Counted from the stretch's first letter, positions 29,252 through 39,749 are shown. The stretch is 64,000 bases of DNA from Desulfatiglandales bacterium (GCA_963662465.1 OY759599.1:2016001-2080000); one strand, 5' to 3'. The notes: generated from the letters alone by a model not told the origin. Made by a program: numbers and translations.

Positions 29252-31039
29252 TTACCAAAACCAGATGAGGGCGAAAATGCCCAGGGCCAGCAGCATCATC
29301 CATGCCAGTTGATCCTGGAGACGACCGCTTTGAAGCCGGGCGGATGCTTTCCCCAAAAACATGACCGAAAAGGCCGTTTGGTCCACCACTCGATCTATTC
29401 CATTCCTGTCGAACCGATCGCTGATCCGGGCCAGAAAATTAAAGGCCCAAAGAAAGAGGGTGCGGTAAATCTCAGACCAGATGCCGTCTATCCACGAAAG
29501 GGGTTTTGAAAAGAGCGTCATGACGCTGCGGCCCACCAGCATGTACAGACGTTCGAAATCAGACAAATCTTCCGCCCCCGGTCTCAAGATCGGCCGCAGA
29601 AAGATAAACAAAAAGATAGTGGCCGCCAAAAAACCAAACCCGATCCCCACATTAAGAAAGGTGAAGGGGCGCCCTTCCATCAGGGATGGCAGGCGACGAT
29701 CAACGATACCGGGAAAAATCCCCTGAACCAGGCAAAAGGCCGCAGCCATGCCCATGGCCGCCACCATATTTTTGGGCAGGGGCAGCAGCGCTTTTCGGTT
29801 GAAAATGGCTTTAGACCAGAAGGTAAAATAGGGCAGGCGCAATCCCCCGGCCAGAATCATCAGCAGCATGGCCAAGCCCAGGCACAGACAAAGGATCGGA
29901 CCGGGTATGGGGCCTTGAAGTTTAAAGGCTTCCTCAAAGATCAGATAAGTTCCCGTAAACCCGCTGAAAAAAGGCATGGCGCAAAGGGCCATAACCCCAA
30001 TGGGGGTAACGGCGGCCACAAAGGGAAGTTTCCGGGCCAGCATCCCCAAACGTGCCAGGACTTCATCATGGGTGGCGTAAATGATGGACCCAAATGCCAT
30101 AAAGAGGATCGCGTTATAAAAGGTATGGGCATAGGCCAGGGAGATGGCGCCATCCAGGGCCATTTTTGAGTCCATGCCGATCCCCGTGATCATAAGCCCC
30201 ACCTGTGCGACCATGAGATAGGCGAGGATTCTTCTGACATTGTTGGAAAAAATAGCATAGAAAGCCCCATAAAGGGCCATGATCGCACCCAGGACAATGA
30301 GAAGATCGAGACCCACAAAACAACGCGCCATAGCATAAACAGCCGTTTTAATGCCGAATACGGATAAAAACACCGCGCCGGGAATGGTGGCTTGAGGGAT
30401 CCCCTGGGTCATCCAGGCATGAAGCGGTACGACGGCTGCGTTGATGGCAAAGGCCGTCAGAATCAAGTAGTCATAATGCCACATGAGATCGGCATCCGCG
30501 GGACCGAAAATGAAGGCGCCCGTCACCCGCTCCCGCAGGAGAATGCCCGCCAAAAGCAGAACGGAACTCAACAGCAGGACTAACATGTACAAAAAGCCCG
30601 TTTTCGAGGCCTCGGGCTTGCGGTTCAACCAGATGAGAAATGACGAAGACACGGTCATCCCCTGCCAGAACATGTAAAGGGTCCAGTAATCCCCCGCCAA
30701 AACACTGCCGAAGGCCCCGGCCATGAAAAAGAGAGCGGCCACATGCTGGGCCTTATCCCGCACATGAAAGGAAAAGGTGGTGCAGATCAGGGTCATAAAA
30801 GCAAAAAGAACGATGAAGGGGAGTGATAGCGCATCCACCCGGCCAAGTACCAGGGCCTGGCCCACATAATCCACCTCCCAGTAACGACCCACCCGCAGTT
30901 GCAGGGCCAGAAAAATGGCGATGACGGGCGGTATAAAGAGCAGCACGCGCCAGAATCTTCCCCGAAGAAACGGAAGGATGCACCCCAAAAGGACAAAGGG
31001 CGTGGCCGGGTGCAAAAAGCTGCCTTCGATGAAGTTCAT
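29252..31039 (-). CDS. NuoL/MrpA-like antiporter-type subunit
   Basis: Proton-antiporter fold motifs (PLHAW, RRILAY) plus a C-terminal amphipathic helix ending GIDRVVD...LQSG, as in NuoL. Confidence 0.75.
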   Translation of the reverse strand: MNFIEGSFLHPATPFVLLGCILPFLRGRFWRVLLFIPPVIAIFLALQLRVGRYWEVDYVGQALVLGRVDALSLPFIVLFAFMTLICTTFSFHVRDKAQHVAALFFMAGAFGSVLAGDYWTLYMFWQGMTVSSSFLIWLNRKPEASKTGFLYMLVLLLSSVLLLAGILLRERVTGAFIFGPADADLMWHYDYLILTAFAINAAVVPLHAWMTQGIPQATIPGAVFLSVFGIKTAVYAMARCFVGLDLLIVLGAIMALYGAFYAIFSNNVRRILAYLMVAQVGLMITGIGMDSKMALDGAISLAYAHTFYNAILFMAFGSIIYATHDEVLARLGMLARKLPFVAAVTPIGVMALCAMPFFSGFTGTYLIFEEAFKLQGPIPGPILCLCLGLAMLLMILAGGLRLPYFTFWSKAIFNRKALLPLPKNMVAAMGMAAAFCLVQGIFPGIVDRRLPSLMEGRPFTFLNVGIGFGFLAATIFLFIFLRPILRPGAEDLSDFERLYMLVGRSVMTLFSKPLSWIDGIWSEIYRTLFLWAFNFLARISDRFDRNGIDRVVDQTAFSVMFLGKASARLQSGRLQDQLAWMMLLALGIFALIWFW

Positions 31040-31045
31040 GCTCTT

Positions 31046-32545
31046 TTATCTCCAGAATCTTCCATAAACATCCACAAAATCCACAAACGTCTGAGGGTAA
31101 AACCCGATGAGGATCGAAATAATGGCGATCATGAACATGGGAACCACCATGGTTTTCGGCGCTTCCGCATATTGATCCATGTCCACGCCTTTGACGGGGG
31201 GCATGAAAAAGCCTCTGATCACGATGGGGCCGAAGTAGGCCATATTCAAGAGGACGCTTGCCAGGATCACCAGCATGAGTATTGTTTGCCCCGCATCCGT
31301 GGCCCCGGTAATCAAATAGAATTTGCTCAAAAAGCCGCTGGCCGGCGCCAGCCCGATAAAGGAAAGCGTTGCCAGGGCGAAGGCCCCGAAGGTCCAGGGC
31401 ATGCGGCGACCCAGACCGTTCATAAGACTGATTTTTTTGGAACCGGTCACCACCATAATGCACCCGGCGGCGAAAAACAGGGTAATTTTGGGAAAGGCAT
31501 CGTGGGCAATGGCCGAGACGCCCCCTTCCACCCCCCCTTCCGTCAACATGGCCACACCCATGACGATATAGGAAAGGTGGCTCACCGTGCTGTAGGCGAT
31601 CCGTGCCTTGATGTCATCCTTGGTGAGGGCAATTAAGGCGGCCGCGATGATGGTAAATCCCGCCACATAGGCAGTGGGCATGCCGAGACCCAGATCATGC
31701 AAAGAATCCAGTCCGAAACAGGAGAGCATGATCCTGCATACGGAAAAGGCGCCGGCTTTGACCACGGCCACCGCGTGCAGGAGGCCCGAGACCGGCGTGG
31801 GCGCCACCATGGCGGAGGGCAGCCAGCTGTGCAGCGGCATCATGGCCGTTTTAGTGAGACCCGCCAAAAACAGGATGTAGACCACAATCAGCAATACGGG
31901 GTTTGCATTGGTGGGAAAAATCCCCTTGTGGATATCCCCCAGTTGAAAGTCCAGGGTTCCGCACAGCACATAGGTGATGATCATGGCCGGCAGAAAAAAA
32001 AGCTTCGAAGTTCCCAGGAGATAGACCAGATATTTTTTGCCCGCCTCAAAGGCATCTTTACTCTGATAATGGGCCACCAGCGGATAGGTAAATAGGGTGA
32101 TGATTTCATAAAAGAGATAAAGGGTGAACACATTGCCCGCAAAGGCGACCCCCTGGGCCCCGAAGACGGCGATCCCGAAACAGATGTAATAACGGGTCTG
32201 GGCGTGTTCCTTGAGGGTCCGCATATAGCCGATGTTGTAGCTGGTGGTGAGTATCCATAAAAAAGACGAGATCAGAGCAAAGACCATGCTCAAGCCGTCC
32301 GCGCAAAAACTCACGGTCATGCCGGGAAGGATGCGAAAGAGGGTATACGTATAGATTTTCCCTTCCAGAATGCCCGGCGCCATGGACACCACGGCAATAA
32401 ACGTGATGGCGCCGATGATAAAGGAAACGGCCTCCCGGCGGTTTTCATTTTTGGCAAAAAGCCGAATGAGAAAGGGGGCAAAAAATGTCACTGCCACCGG
32501 AATGAGGGGTCGGATGCCGGCGATAATGTCAGGGTTTGGGGTCAC
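31046..32545 (-). CDS. MrpD/NuoL-like antiporter-type subunit
   Basis: LYLFYE, PLHSWLPSAMVAPTPVSGLLHA, AYSTVSHL and GFLSK motifs; 499 aa, no C-terminal lateral helix. Confidence 0.8.
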   Translation of the reverse strand: MTPNPDIIAGIRPLIPVAVTFFAPFLIRLFAKNENRREAVSFIIGAITFIAVVSMAPGILEGKIYTYTLFRILPGMTVSFCADGLSMVFALISSFLWILTTSYNIGYMRTLKEHAQTRYYICFGIAVFGAQGVAFAGNVFTLYLFYEIITLFTYPLVAHYQSKDAFEAGKKYLVYLLGTSKLFFLPAMIITYVLCGTLDFQLGDIHKGIFPTNANPVLLIVVYILFLAGLTKTAMMPLHSWLPSAMVAPTPVSGLLHAVAVVKAGAFSVCRIMLSCFGLDSLHDLGLGMPTAYVAGFTIIAAALIALTKDDIKARIAYSTVSHLSYIVMGVAMLTEGGVEGGVSAIAHDAFPKITLFFAAGCIMVVTGSKKISLMNGLGRRMPWTFGAFALATLSFIGLAPASGFLSKFYLITGATDAGQTILMLVILASVLLNMAYFGPIVIRGFFMPPVKGVDMDQYAEAPKTMVVPMFMIAIISILIGFYPQTFVDFVDVYGRFWR

Positions 32546-32550
32546 AAAAA

Positions 32551-32859
32551 CTACCCTCTCATTTGGGAAATACTGTCGGTTTGACCGTTGTTGAAGCGTT
32601 TGACCACCACCAGAATAAGGGCCAGCATCAGCGTTGCTTCAGCCGCCGCCAGACCCATGACAAACAAGGCGCCCAATTGCCCCACAACAGCGTCCCCTTC
32701 GGTGAGCTGGGCAGCAGCCACGATGGAAAGCCCGGCCCCGTTGATCATCAGTTCCAGGGCGATGAGCATGCCCACCAGGGTTTTTCGCCGAACAAGGCCG
32801 AACCCCCCGATGCAGAACAGGAACAGGCCCACCAGTTGAAATAGCGTCAATGCGGTCAT
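32551..32859 (-). CDS. nuoK: NADH-quinone oxidoreductase subunit K
   Basis: LELMING and LAAAEA motifs; start at the ATGA overlap with the nuoJ stop. Confidence 0.9.
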   Translation of the reverse strand: MTALTLFQLVGLFLFCIGGFGLVRRKTLVGMLIALELMINGAGLSIVAAAQLTEGDAVVGQLGALFVMGLAAAEATLMLALILVVVKRFNNGQTDSISQMRG

Positions 32860-33377
32860 TTTTTCCCCCGCTTGCGCCAGACCACCAGTACCGCACCTGC
32901 CATGGCCGCAAAAAGCACCACGGAAATCAGCTCGAAAGGCAGCAGGTAGGGTCCGAGCATCCCCTTTCCCAGCATGGCCGGCGCCACATTTACCGGCATA
33001 TTCAGGCTTCTTTCGGGATGATTGAAAATAACGACTGAGAGGATCACTGCGGGCGCCAGCAGGCATGCCAGGGCATTGACCGCTTTCTTAAGGGAAACGG
33101 GACCGGTCTCATCCCCTTCTGCCGAGGCTCTGGACAACATGATGGCAAAAAAGATGAGTACGCCGATACCCCCTACATAGATGAGGACCTGCATAAAGGC
33201 GATAAAGGGCGCCGCCAGCAACAGATACATGCCCGCAACGGCCATCATCACGGCAATCAAGCCCACGAGGGCCCGCACCAGGCTTTTCGATGTTACGGCC
33301 ATGATGGAACCGATGCAGATGATGAGGCAGTAGAAAGCAAAAGCGCTTTTAGCCAGGATTTCCATTGTTTCGGTCAT
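32856..33377 (-). CDS. nuoJ: NADH-quinone oxidoreductase subunit J
   Basis: QVLIYVGGIGVL and YLLPFELIS motifs. Confidence 0.92.
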   Translation of the reverse strand: MTETMEILAKSAFAFYCLIICIGSIMAVTSKSLVRALVGLIAVMMAVAGMYLLLAAPFIAFMQVLIYVGGIGVLIFFAIMLSRASAEGDETGPVSLKKAVNALACLLAPAVILSVVIFNHPERSLNMPVNVAPAMLGKGMLGPYLLPFELISVVLFAAMAGAVLVVWRKRGKK

Positions 33378-33382
33378 GTTTA

Positions 33383-33547
33383 TTAGCTGTTAGCTGTTAG
33401 CTGTTAGCTGTTAGTAGCTTACAGATTAAATGCTTCGAAAAAAACAAGATGATCAATATAACAACATGGATTCATTGGTAGAAAAACTTAAAACTTAAAA
33501 CCTAAAACTTAAAACTGCGGCTTACCGCTTTAGCTATTAGCAGTTAG
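33383..33547. repeat. Clusters of 7-bp tandem repeats between nuoI and nuoJ
   Basis: (TTAGCTG)x4.5 at 33383-33414; (AAAACTT)x~5 at 33483-33516; degenerate TTAGC heptamers at 33530-33547. Confidence 0.85.
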
Positions 33548-34025
33548 ATCGAAATTTATCAAGAAGATCAAATTTAAAATCATTTTTGTCGGTGCTTGCG
33601 GAATAGGGGTTTCCCGAAAACCGGATGGCCCCCTTGGGGCAGTTTTCCGCGCACAGACCGCATTGGCAGCACACAGTGTAATCATAGGTGAATTTTTCGG
33701 GACCTTTGGGGGCCTTCTCTCCCTCAACTGCCTCCCCGGGTTTCGGGGTCTTTTTTTTGACCACTGAAATGGCCCCCATGGGACAGGTGGAGGCACAAGT
33801 CATACATGCAATACACAGGGGCAGCGTGGGATCTTCCGGGTTGGGAACAAGTTCAATGGGTCCCCGGAAGGTTGCCAGGTTATCCACTTGGACCCTTGGG
33901 TAATGGACGGTCACCTGTTTTGAAAAGAAAAAGGCGCCGGTAATCTTGAGCCCTTTCACCAAACTCCAGAGTCCCAGAACGTCTTCCCCCATTTTTTTCA
34001 GTGCATTCATGAATAATTTTCTCAA
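33537..34025 (-). CDS. nuoI: NADH-quinone oxidoreductase subunit I (2x[4Fe-4S])
   Basis: CIACMTCASTCP and CCQCGLCAENCP motifs; VTVHYP. Confidence 0.92.
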   Translation of the reverse strand: MRKLFMNALKKMGEDVLGLWSLVKGLKITGAFFFSKQVTVHYPRVQVDNLATFRGPIELVPNPEDPTLPLCIACMTCASTCPMGAISVVKKKTPKPGEAVEGEKAPKGPEKFTYDYTVCCQCGLCAENCPKGAIRFSGNPYSASTDKNDFKFDLLDKFRSNC

Positions 34026-34993
34026 AAAAGCTTCATTACCAAGGCCGTCGCCATCAGATTAATCAACGCCGGCGGCAACAGCCATTTCCAATTAAGATTG
34101 AGCAACTGGTCAAAACGGAGACGGGGAAAGGTCCATCGAAACCACATCATAACCAGCAACAGCACATACATCTTGGCCAGGAACCACCAGAACCCCGGCA
34201 GAAAGGGTCCCTGCCAGCCCCCCAGAAAGAGTACCGTGCAAACACTGCACACCACAATCATATTGGTGTATTCCGCCAGGAAAAAGAGGCCGAACCCCAT
34301 ACCCGAGTATTCCGTATGGAAACCGGCAGTCAGCTCGCTTTCCGCCTCGGGCAGGTCAAAGGGGTTGCGGTTGGTCTCCGCTACCGCGCAGATAAAGAAG
34401 ATGAAAAAGGCCAGGGGCTGGCTCACGAAATTCCAGTGCCATGGGTACGGCCCCTGTCTCACCACGATTTCGGACAAGTTCAACGTGCCGTTGTTAAAGG
34501 TCACGGCCAGCACCGCCAGCAGCAGGGGGATTTCATACCCCACAGCCTGGGCCACGGAACGGGCCGCTCCCAGAATAGCCCATTTATTGTCGGAACCCCA
34601 TCCGGCCAGGCAGAGGGCCAGCACATTAACCCCCGAAAAGGCCAGGATCAACAAAAGTCCCAGGTTCACCTCGCATCCGGTGAGAGTCGGTCCGAAAGGG
34701 ATGGGGAGCAGCAACAGCAGCGTCGGCGCAAAGGCCGCAACGGGCGCCAGCCAGAACAGAAAAGAATCGGCGCCATCAGGTTTCAGGGGCTGTTTTGATA
34801 AAAGTTTAACAGCATCCGCAACGGTTTGGAGCATGCCGTGGGGTCCTACCTCAAAAGGCCCCGGTCGCCGGTGAACGTGCCCCGCCACCTTCCGTTCCAG
34901 GTAAACCAGGAAGATCACACTGGCAGCCACAAACAGGGCCGTGGCCACCACCGCAATGATCATCCGGATCAACTGAATCTCGTCAAAGGACAT
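34022..34993 (-). CDS. nuoH: NADH-quinone oxidoreductase subunit H
   Basis: ERKVAG, DAVKLL, ETNRNPFDLPEAESEL, TEYSG and PRLRFDQL motifs. Confidence 0.96.
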   Translation of the reverse strand: MSFDEIQLIRMIIAVVATALFVAASVIFLVYLERKVAGHVHRRPGPFEVGPHGMLQTVADAVKLLSKQPLKPDGADSFLFWLAPVAAFAPTLLLLLPIPFGPTLTGCEVNLGLLLILAFSGVNVLALCLAGWGSDNKWAILGAARSVAQAVGYEIPLLLAVLAVTFNNGTLNLSEIVVRQGPYPWHWNFVSQPLAFFIFFICAVAETNRNPFDLPEAESELTAGFHTEYSGMGFGLFFLAEYTNMIVVCSVCTVLFLGGWQGPFLPGFWWFLAKMYVLLLVMMWFRWTFPRLRFDQLLNLNWKWLLPPALINLMATALVMKLF

Positions 34994-35017
34994 GTTGTGT
35001 AAATTACCCTTTCCCCA

Positions 35018-35800
35018 TCAACACTGATCTAAATCGGCTAATTTGGCCTCAAGGCTTTTCATGGGTTTAATGGTTTGTGGTTGATAAATCATATAACTTT
35101 GAACCGGATATCTTGTTCCTTTCTCCTGGGTTTTTTTCAAGCCGTCCAAGAGCAATTCACAATCGCTTGCCGGAAATGTTAGAAACATCTCGGACTCATC
35201 CGTGCCTGCCAGTATGCGCTCTCCCCGTCCGGGATGAACAAATGCAGGCTTACCGGTAAAATGTGGCTTTAAGGCCGAAAGACAGGAAATACCAAATCCC
35301 GTGGTCCTGGATTCAATGAGTTCTCCATGGTGATATAGGTATCCCGCAGCCAATCTGGCCATTTGGGCGGGTGTTCCATAGATCAGCACAATATCGGGAT
35401 CGACCGGCGCCATTTCAAGGGGGAAAAAAGCTGCACCGCCGATTTCCCCTGCAGGTATCAGACCCAGCCCTTTTGTTACCTTCTCCGCTGATTCAATACT
35501 GTCGAAGTAACCCATTTCTAAAAAGTATTCGGAAAGCGGTTTGCTGCCCTCCATTCGTTTAAGGCCCAGCGCCGCAAGACACGGCGTGCAGTTGATATCG
35601 TCCGCTACGGCGCCAAGAATTCGTCCCCAGCGTCTTGCCATCGTTATCCACTGGCAAAGAGAGATCTTAATGCCATACTTTGAGGGTCTGATTGCGCTCT
35701 CCGGAAGTTGGTTGCTATTTTTTACCAATTTCACTCCGAGAGGATAAGATTGCGGTCGAATCAGCTTCGTAATTTCTTCGGAAAAGGTTTCATAATTCAT
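35018..35800 (-). CDS. DUF169 family protein
   Basis: PLGVKL, SLCQ..MARR.G, DINC, PDIVLIYGTPAQMARL and GERILAG pattern. Confidence 0.8.
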   Translation of the reverse strand: MNYETFSEEITKLIRPQSYPLGVKLVKNSNQLPESAIRPSKYGIKISLCQWITMARRWGRILGAVADDINCTPCLAALGLKRMEGSKPLSEYFLEMGYFDSIESAEKVTKGLGLIPAGEIGGAAFFPLEMAPVDPDIVLIYGTPAQMARLAAGYLYHHGELIESRTTGFGISCLSALKPHFTGKPAFVHPGRGERILAGTDESEMFLTFPASDCELLLDGLKKTQEKGTRYPVQSYMIYQPQTIKPMKSLEAKLADLDQC

Positions 35801-35918
35801 TTCATTCCCCCCCTTTCAGATACTATCCCCAAACGATAAATTCACCATTGCCATGCACGGACTATGCTTTGAAATCCGTATGACTCATGGCGCCTGGTGT
35901 AGCATCGGGTTCGCATTT

Positions 35919-36182
35919 TTACGCTAATTTGTGAGCGTAGGCATAAATCCGAACTGCTGCTGTTAATTGGTGCTTCCAATCAGATCCTTGAGCTTTGAAC
36001 CAATCGAGAACCTCCGGCTCAATTTCCAACATAACTTTAACTTTCGGCTTTGGCATTCGCCATTTTGCCGTCACAAAAAAGTCATCCGTCAATGGAGGAC
36101 TGTCTGACGTGTCAATCATATCATCGGTCATTGCGTCAATACGCTCCAAATTCGTTTTTGTATAAGTCGAAAATTTTTGCAT
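35919..36182 (-). CDS. BrnA-family antitoxin (no adjacent toxin)
   Basis: IDTSDSPPLTDDFF...EVLDWFKAQG pattern. Confidence 0.75.
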   Translation of the reverse strand: MQKFSTYTKTNLERIDAMTDDMIDTSDSPPLTDDFFVTAKWRMPKPKVKVMLEIEPEVLDWFKAQGSDWKHQLTAAVRIYAYAHKLA

Positions 36183-36452
36183 TTAAGTTATCATAATCTG
36201 TTTTGTATGCTTTATCCAACCCTATTTCTTTTCTGAGGTTGAGATGTTTATGTCTTTTCTTCTTATTTCGTATTTTTTGTTTTTCACCTATATTTCAATA
36301 GCTTTCTCGATTAGTGCAAGATGTCCAACCGCAGTTGCATCATGTTCCCGTGGCGTTTCCCCGAGCTGATATGTCACTGCCCTTCAGGCCTGAAACGCAT
36401 GTGGCGCCCCATCAAGTTTCATCTAAGAATTCCTGCGAGTGTTTGCTTTAAT

Positions 36453-36749
36453 TTAGAAATCAATACTCTCAAAATGGTCGCATAGCGCTCCGAGTTCTCG
36501 CGCTTTTCGAGGAGATTTGGCATGATTGGATTCTGCCGCCATCCAACCGGCAAGATCGTTTATTTCATTTTGAGTCATGCGAATGGTATGAACCCCCTCT
36601 TTTCTAGACATCCGGGTTAAAGTTGTTTTTAATTGACCAAAAACAATAGCATTTTTTAAAATTAGGTCGCAGTCATAATCATCAAGTTCAACAGGATATT
36701 TTTCGATATTTTCAGACATAATAATTGCTTCCTTTACCCTTTCAGACAT
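36453..36749 (-). CDS. Hypothetical protein
   Basis: 98-aa ORF co-oriented with its neighbours; no family recognised. Confidence 0.5.
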   Translation of the reverse strand: MSERVKEAIIMSENIEKYPVELDDYDCDLILKNAIVFGQLKTTLTRMSRKEGVHTIRMTQNEINDLAGWMAAESNHAKSPRKARELGALCDHFESIDF

Positions 36750-36771
36750 GGCAGAATACCCGTCCGTTTTT

Positions 36772-36799
36772 GTAGAGACAAGGCATGCCTTGTCTCTAC
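36772..36799. repeat. GTAG-type REP palindrome
   Basis: Perfect 28-bp palindrome GTAGAGACAAGGCATGCCTTGTCTCTAC. Confidence 0.85.
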
Positions 36800-36840
36800 G
36801 TTCCCGCGGGCACCGCCATCATTTTGATTTAACCCTCATA

Positions 36841-37821
36841 TCAATGTTCACGTGGTCCAAGAAAGCGATCTCCATTAAAATGGATCATGTGATCCGGGTT
36901 GTCTGCAATCCAGACCTCTGTTTCCCACGCTATATCCGCCGCATTTCTACGAAATTCCGCTCGGCTCGGAAAAGCAGTTACATATACCCTGCCCACTTTA
37001 CAGGTTGCTAAGGCTTCTTCCAGCTCTACCCATCTTTTAGGGGATACTGGCCCATGACTTGTGACCGCCTCAATCAAAAACAACCAATTGCGTTTCTCAT
37101 CAAAAACCACAACGTCAGGCAGTTTGTCATGTGACATGGGCGGCACTCCGATAGACTCAAGAAACTCACTTTCCAAAATCATGAGTTTACCGCCTTCGTT
37201 TCGACTGCTGGCTGTATCTCCCATATAGAGAAGTCGACCGCCTTCTCCAATAAATCTGGAGCAAAATTCGTGGACGATATCCGCATGCAATTGATTATGT
37301 TTCCCGGGAGAAAGTAAAATTTTCTTCCCATCAGGTAATGTGATGGGGATCTTTTCTTTATCCAGTTTTTTTGCATAAAGATATTTTAGGGCGGTTGAAT
37401 TCTGTTTATACTCTTCAATCTTTCTCCTCCACTCCCCCGCTGGGTACTCTCTCAAAACAGTAAGAATTGACTCATTCAGTGAATAGTTATTATCCTTGCT
37501 ATTTGTGGGACGAGCAGGGTCATCCCGATTCCGATCTACAATTCGGGCTTGTTCAAATTGATGTAATGTCTGTCGGCGGATCGTTTCACGGCTGTTCGGT
37601 TTGTAATCCTGTTTGTAGTGTTTACGGATGAACTGCATGATATCGACTGTTGGGAGCAGTGGTGATGCTGCGTTGCCCCATGGACTTTCCGGTCGAATAT
37701 CCGCTAAAGCCAAAAATACCCATCCTGATCTGTCATTATGTTGTGCCTTTGGTAAACCAAGGGCTTTCAATATTTCCTTGGACTGTTTTAGCTTCTCCTC
37801 TCGCTGTTTTTTGGTGCTCAT
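36841..37821 (-). CDS. BsuBI/PstI-family type II restriction endonuclease
   Basis: [37 protein letters not shown] and IAWETEVW motifs. Confidence 0.93.
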   Translation of the reverse strand: MSTKKQREEKLKQSKEILKALGLPKAQHNDRSGWVFLALADIRPESPWGNAASPLLPTVDIMQFIRKHYKQDYKPNSRETIRRQTLHQFEQARIVDRNRDDPARPTNSKDNNYSLNESILTVLREYPAGEWRRKIEEYKQNSTALKYLYAKKLDKEKIPITLPDGKKILLSPGKHNQLHADIVHEFCSRFIGEGGRLLYMGDTASSRNEGGKLMILESEFLESIGVPPMSHDKLPDVVVFDEKRNWLFLIEAVTSHGPVSPKRWVELEEALATCKVGRVYVTAFPSRAEFRRNAADIAWETEVWIADNPDHMIHFNGDRFLGPREH

Positions 37822-39308
37822 TGCAGGTTCCGTATCGCCAGTGCGGATTGGACAATCTCATCTACTGACAATTGTTCATAGCCTTTTGCCCTCTGCACTT
37901 CCTTTCCTATTGATATAATCTGATCTCTCGTCGGTAATTTCAAAAGTCGTATTTCCGTGGCGTTCACTTGGGTATTTCCAGATATTGACCGGAAGTAACG
38001 ATCCATAAGCGTAGAATTAAACAACGCAGCCAACCCGAATGCTTCCGTAAGATTCATGTCTTCATCTTTTACGCCGATATAGTTCAAATGATTTTCCAGT
38101 CCAATCAGGTGATTTTTGAATTGTTCAGGGTCATGAATACCTGCGACGAGACGGCGCTTTTCATCTTTAGAACTGAACCGTTTTAGTATTACATAGACTT
38201 TATTGCTGCAAGTGTGTTTTTCGTGCCCTTCCTTCAAAATAAAGCGTGCGTCTTTCCAGTGTTTTCCGGTCCATTCGATGCGAAACGCCTTAACATTGTG
38301 CATTCGCAACAAAGGAATGCTATTCTTTTGGGCCTTTGTTGTAATAAATTCTCTGGTGCGAAACTCCACCACCGGGCCGGTGGAAATATAGTAATTATTT
38401 TCTTCAAAGCTGCCGGGCCAATCTTCAACCAACTTCAGAATATGGCCGTCTGCCGTACTTTCCGGAATCCGAATAATATTATGTCCATTGCTTCCATCAA
38501 TAATCAATTTTTGTGGATAGCGGACGACCTCAGATTCCGCCAAGTCTTCCGCACAAATGCTCGACCCTATTTCTATGGTAGGTTGCTGTTCGTTTTTTAC
38601 GAACTTACAAATAATGTTCTCCTGTAGTACCCCCATACTTTTGAAAAGCCGGTTTCTGGAGCGAAAGATATGAACCCGTTCCAAGCTCATCCGTGACTGG
38701 AGATAGCCGCGAAAGCCTTTGAAATAGAGGCCATTTGTAAAACTGCGCGGAACAATGGCAACCATTTGTCCTCCCGGCGCCAGGCATGACGAAACCACCG
38801 CCATAAAGGATGCGTAAATATTGGGATTTCCCTTGAACAGATCGGCGGTTGCGCCACTATATACGGAGTGCTTGGTGTTATACTTGAAATATGGCGGATT
38901 GATTATTGAAATATGAAAGTTAGGTTCATGTTTATCCGGCCTCGACAATATGAAATCCTCGTTATGAATTTCATATGAGAATTTTCCGCCCTTTTTAATA
39001 AATATTCCAGCCAAGCGATCCAGGTTTTTTTCGAGTGTCGACAGTTGTTTATCGATCTCGAAAAGAATTGCATGAACTCGACGGTTTCCCAGCTCCAAGC
39101 AGCGGCGAGCGGCGGATGTCGTAAGAATTCCTTCTCCGGCGCCGGCATCGAGAATCTTTACCAACTCAACGTTCCCAATGGAATCAAGCATTGATGCCAT
39201 ATAATCGGCTGTTTTGGACTCCGTAAAAAACTGTCCCAGCTCTTTGCTTTGGGATCTGGATTTGAGATCGAATAAGCTAAGTTGTTTTACGGCATTCATA
39301 TTCGGCAC
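37818..39308 (-). CDS. N6-adenine DNA methyltransferase of the BsuBI/PstI-type RM system
   Basis: [25 protein letters not shown] and [10 protein letters not shown] motifs; ATGA overlap with the REase. Confidence 0.92.
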   Translation of the reverse strand: MPNMNAVKQLSLFDLKSRSQSKELGQFFTESKTADYMASMLDSIGNVELVKILDAGAGEGILTTSAARRCLELGNRRVHAILFEIDKQLSTLEKNLDRLAGIFIKKGGKFSYEIHNEDFILSRPDKHEPNFHISIINPPYFKYNTKHSVYSGATADLFKGNPNIYASFMAVVSSCLAPGGQMVAIVPRSFTNGLYFKGFRGYLQSRMSLERVHIFRSRNRLFKSMGVLQENIICKFVKNEQQPTIEIGSSICAEDLAESEVVRYPQKLIIDGSNGHNIIRIPESTADGHILKLVEDWPGSFEENNYYISTGPVVEFRTREFITTKAQKNSIPLLRMHNVKAFRIEWTGKHWKDARFILKEGHEKHTCSNKVYVILKRFSSKDEKRRLVAGIHDPEQFKNHLIGLENHLNYIGVKDEDMNLTEAFGLAALFNSTLMDRYFRSISGNTQVNATEIRLLKLPTRDQIISIGKEVQRAKGYEQLSVDEIVQSALAIRNLQ

Positions 39309-39328
39309 AATATCAATTTCCTATTTGT

Positions 39329-39451
39329 TTCATTCGGCTTTATGGAAGTTCAGCAGTTTCAAAAAATCTCTGAAGTCTTGGGGGTAAGTGGATCGTATCC
39401 ATAAAGCATCTGCCTCATCATTTCGACCGACGCGAGTTCCCTATCAAACAT
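39329..39451 (-). pseudogene. Fused remnants of a HEPN/DUF86-like toxin start and a second nucleotidyltransferase-like gene
   Basis: ATG overlapping the MNT stop gives MFDRELA and then degenerates; another frame reads LPQDFRDFLKLLNFHKAE*. Short, so the assignment is tentative. Confidence 0.4.
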
Positions 39452-39749
39452 AAATCGCCTCTATGGCGATACGCTTTTTTAGAAAGGTATTCATTTTCTC
39501 CCGGTAATGAACAATATCAACTTTTGTCTGGTAATCAACCTCAAGTTCTTCCTTTATATGTACCATATTAAAGAGATCCGGCTTGTTCATCTTTACGACA
39601 ATATCCACATCACTATCCGATCCGCACCTCCCTCTGACAAGAGAGCCGAAAACGCCTATAGAAGTAACTCCAAATTCTTTTTCAAATGCCGTTTTTCTTT
39701 TTTTGAGAACTTTAAGCACCTCATCCAGGCTCAAATCTTTCCTGTGCAT
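39444..39749 (-). CDS. Minimal nucleotidyltransferase (MNT antitoxin-like)
   Basis: GVFGSLVRG..SDSDVDI (GS-x10-DxD) and KVDIV motifs; start placed at MHRKD. Confidence 0.88.
   Translation of the reverse strand: MHRKDLSLDEVLKVLKKRKTAFEKEFGVTSIGVFGSLVRGRCGSDSDVDIVVKMNKPDLFNMVHIKEELEVDYQTKVDIVHYREKMNTFLKKRIAIEAIYV

Noticed and set aside
33383..33547. Possible CRISPR array
   Set aside because: 7-bp tandem units without unique spacers and no cas genes; no CRISPR array seen anywhere in the window.
36324..36400. Additional attC site near the minus-strand GTTGGAC
   Set aside because: No matching inverse core or L-box pairing found; the adjacent sequence looks more like a decayed REP-type repeat.
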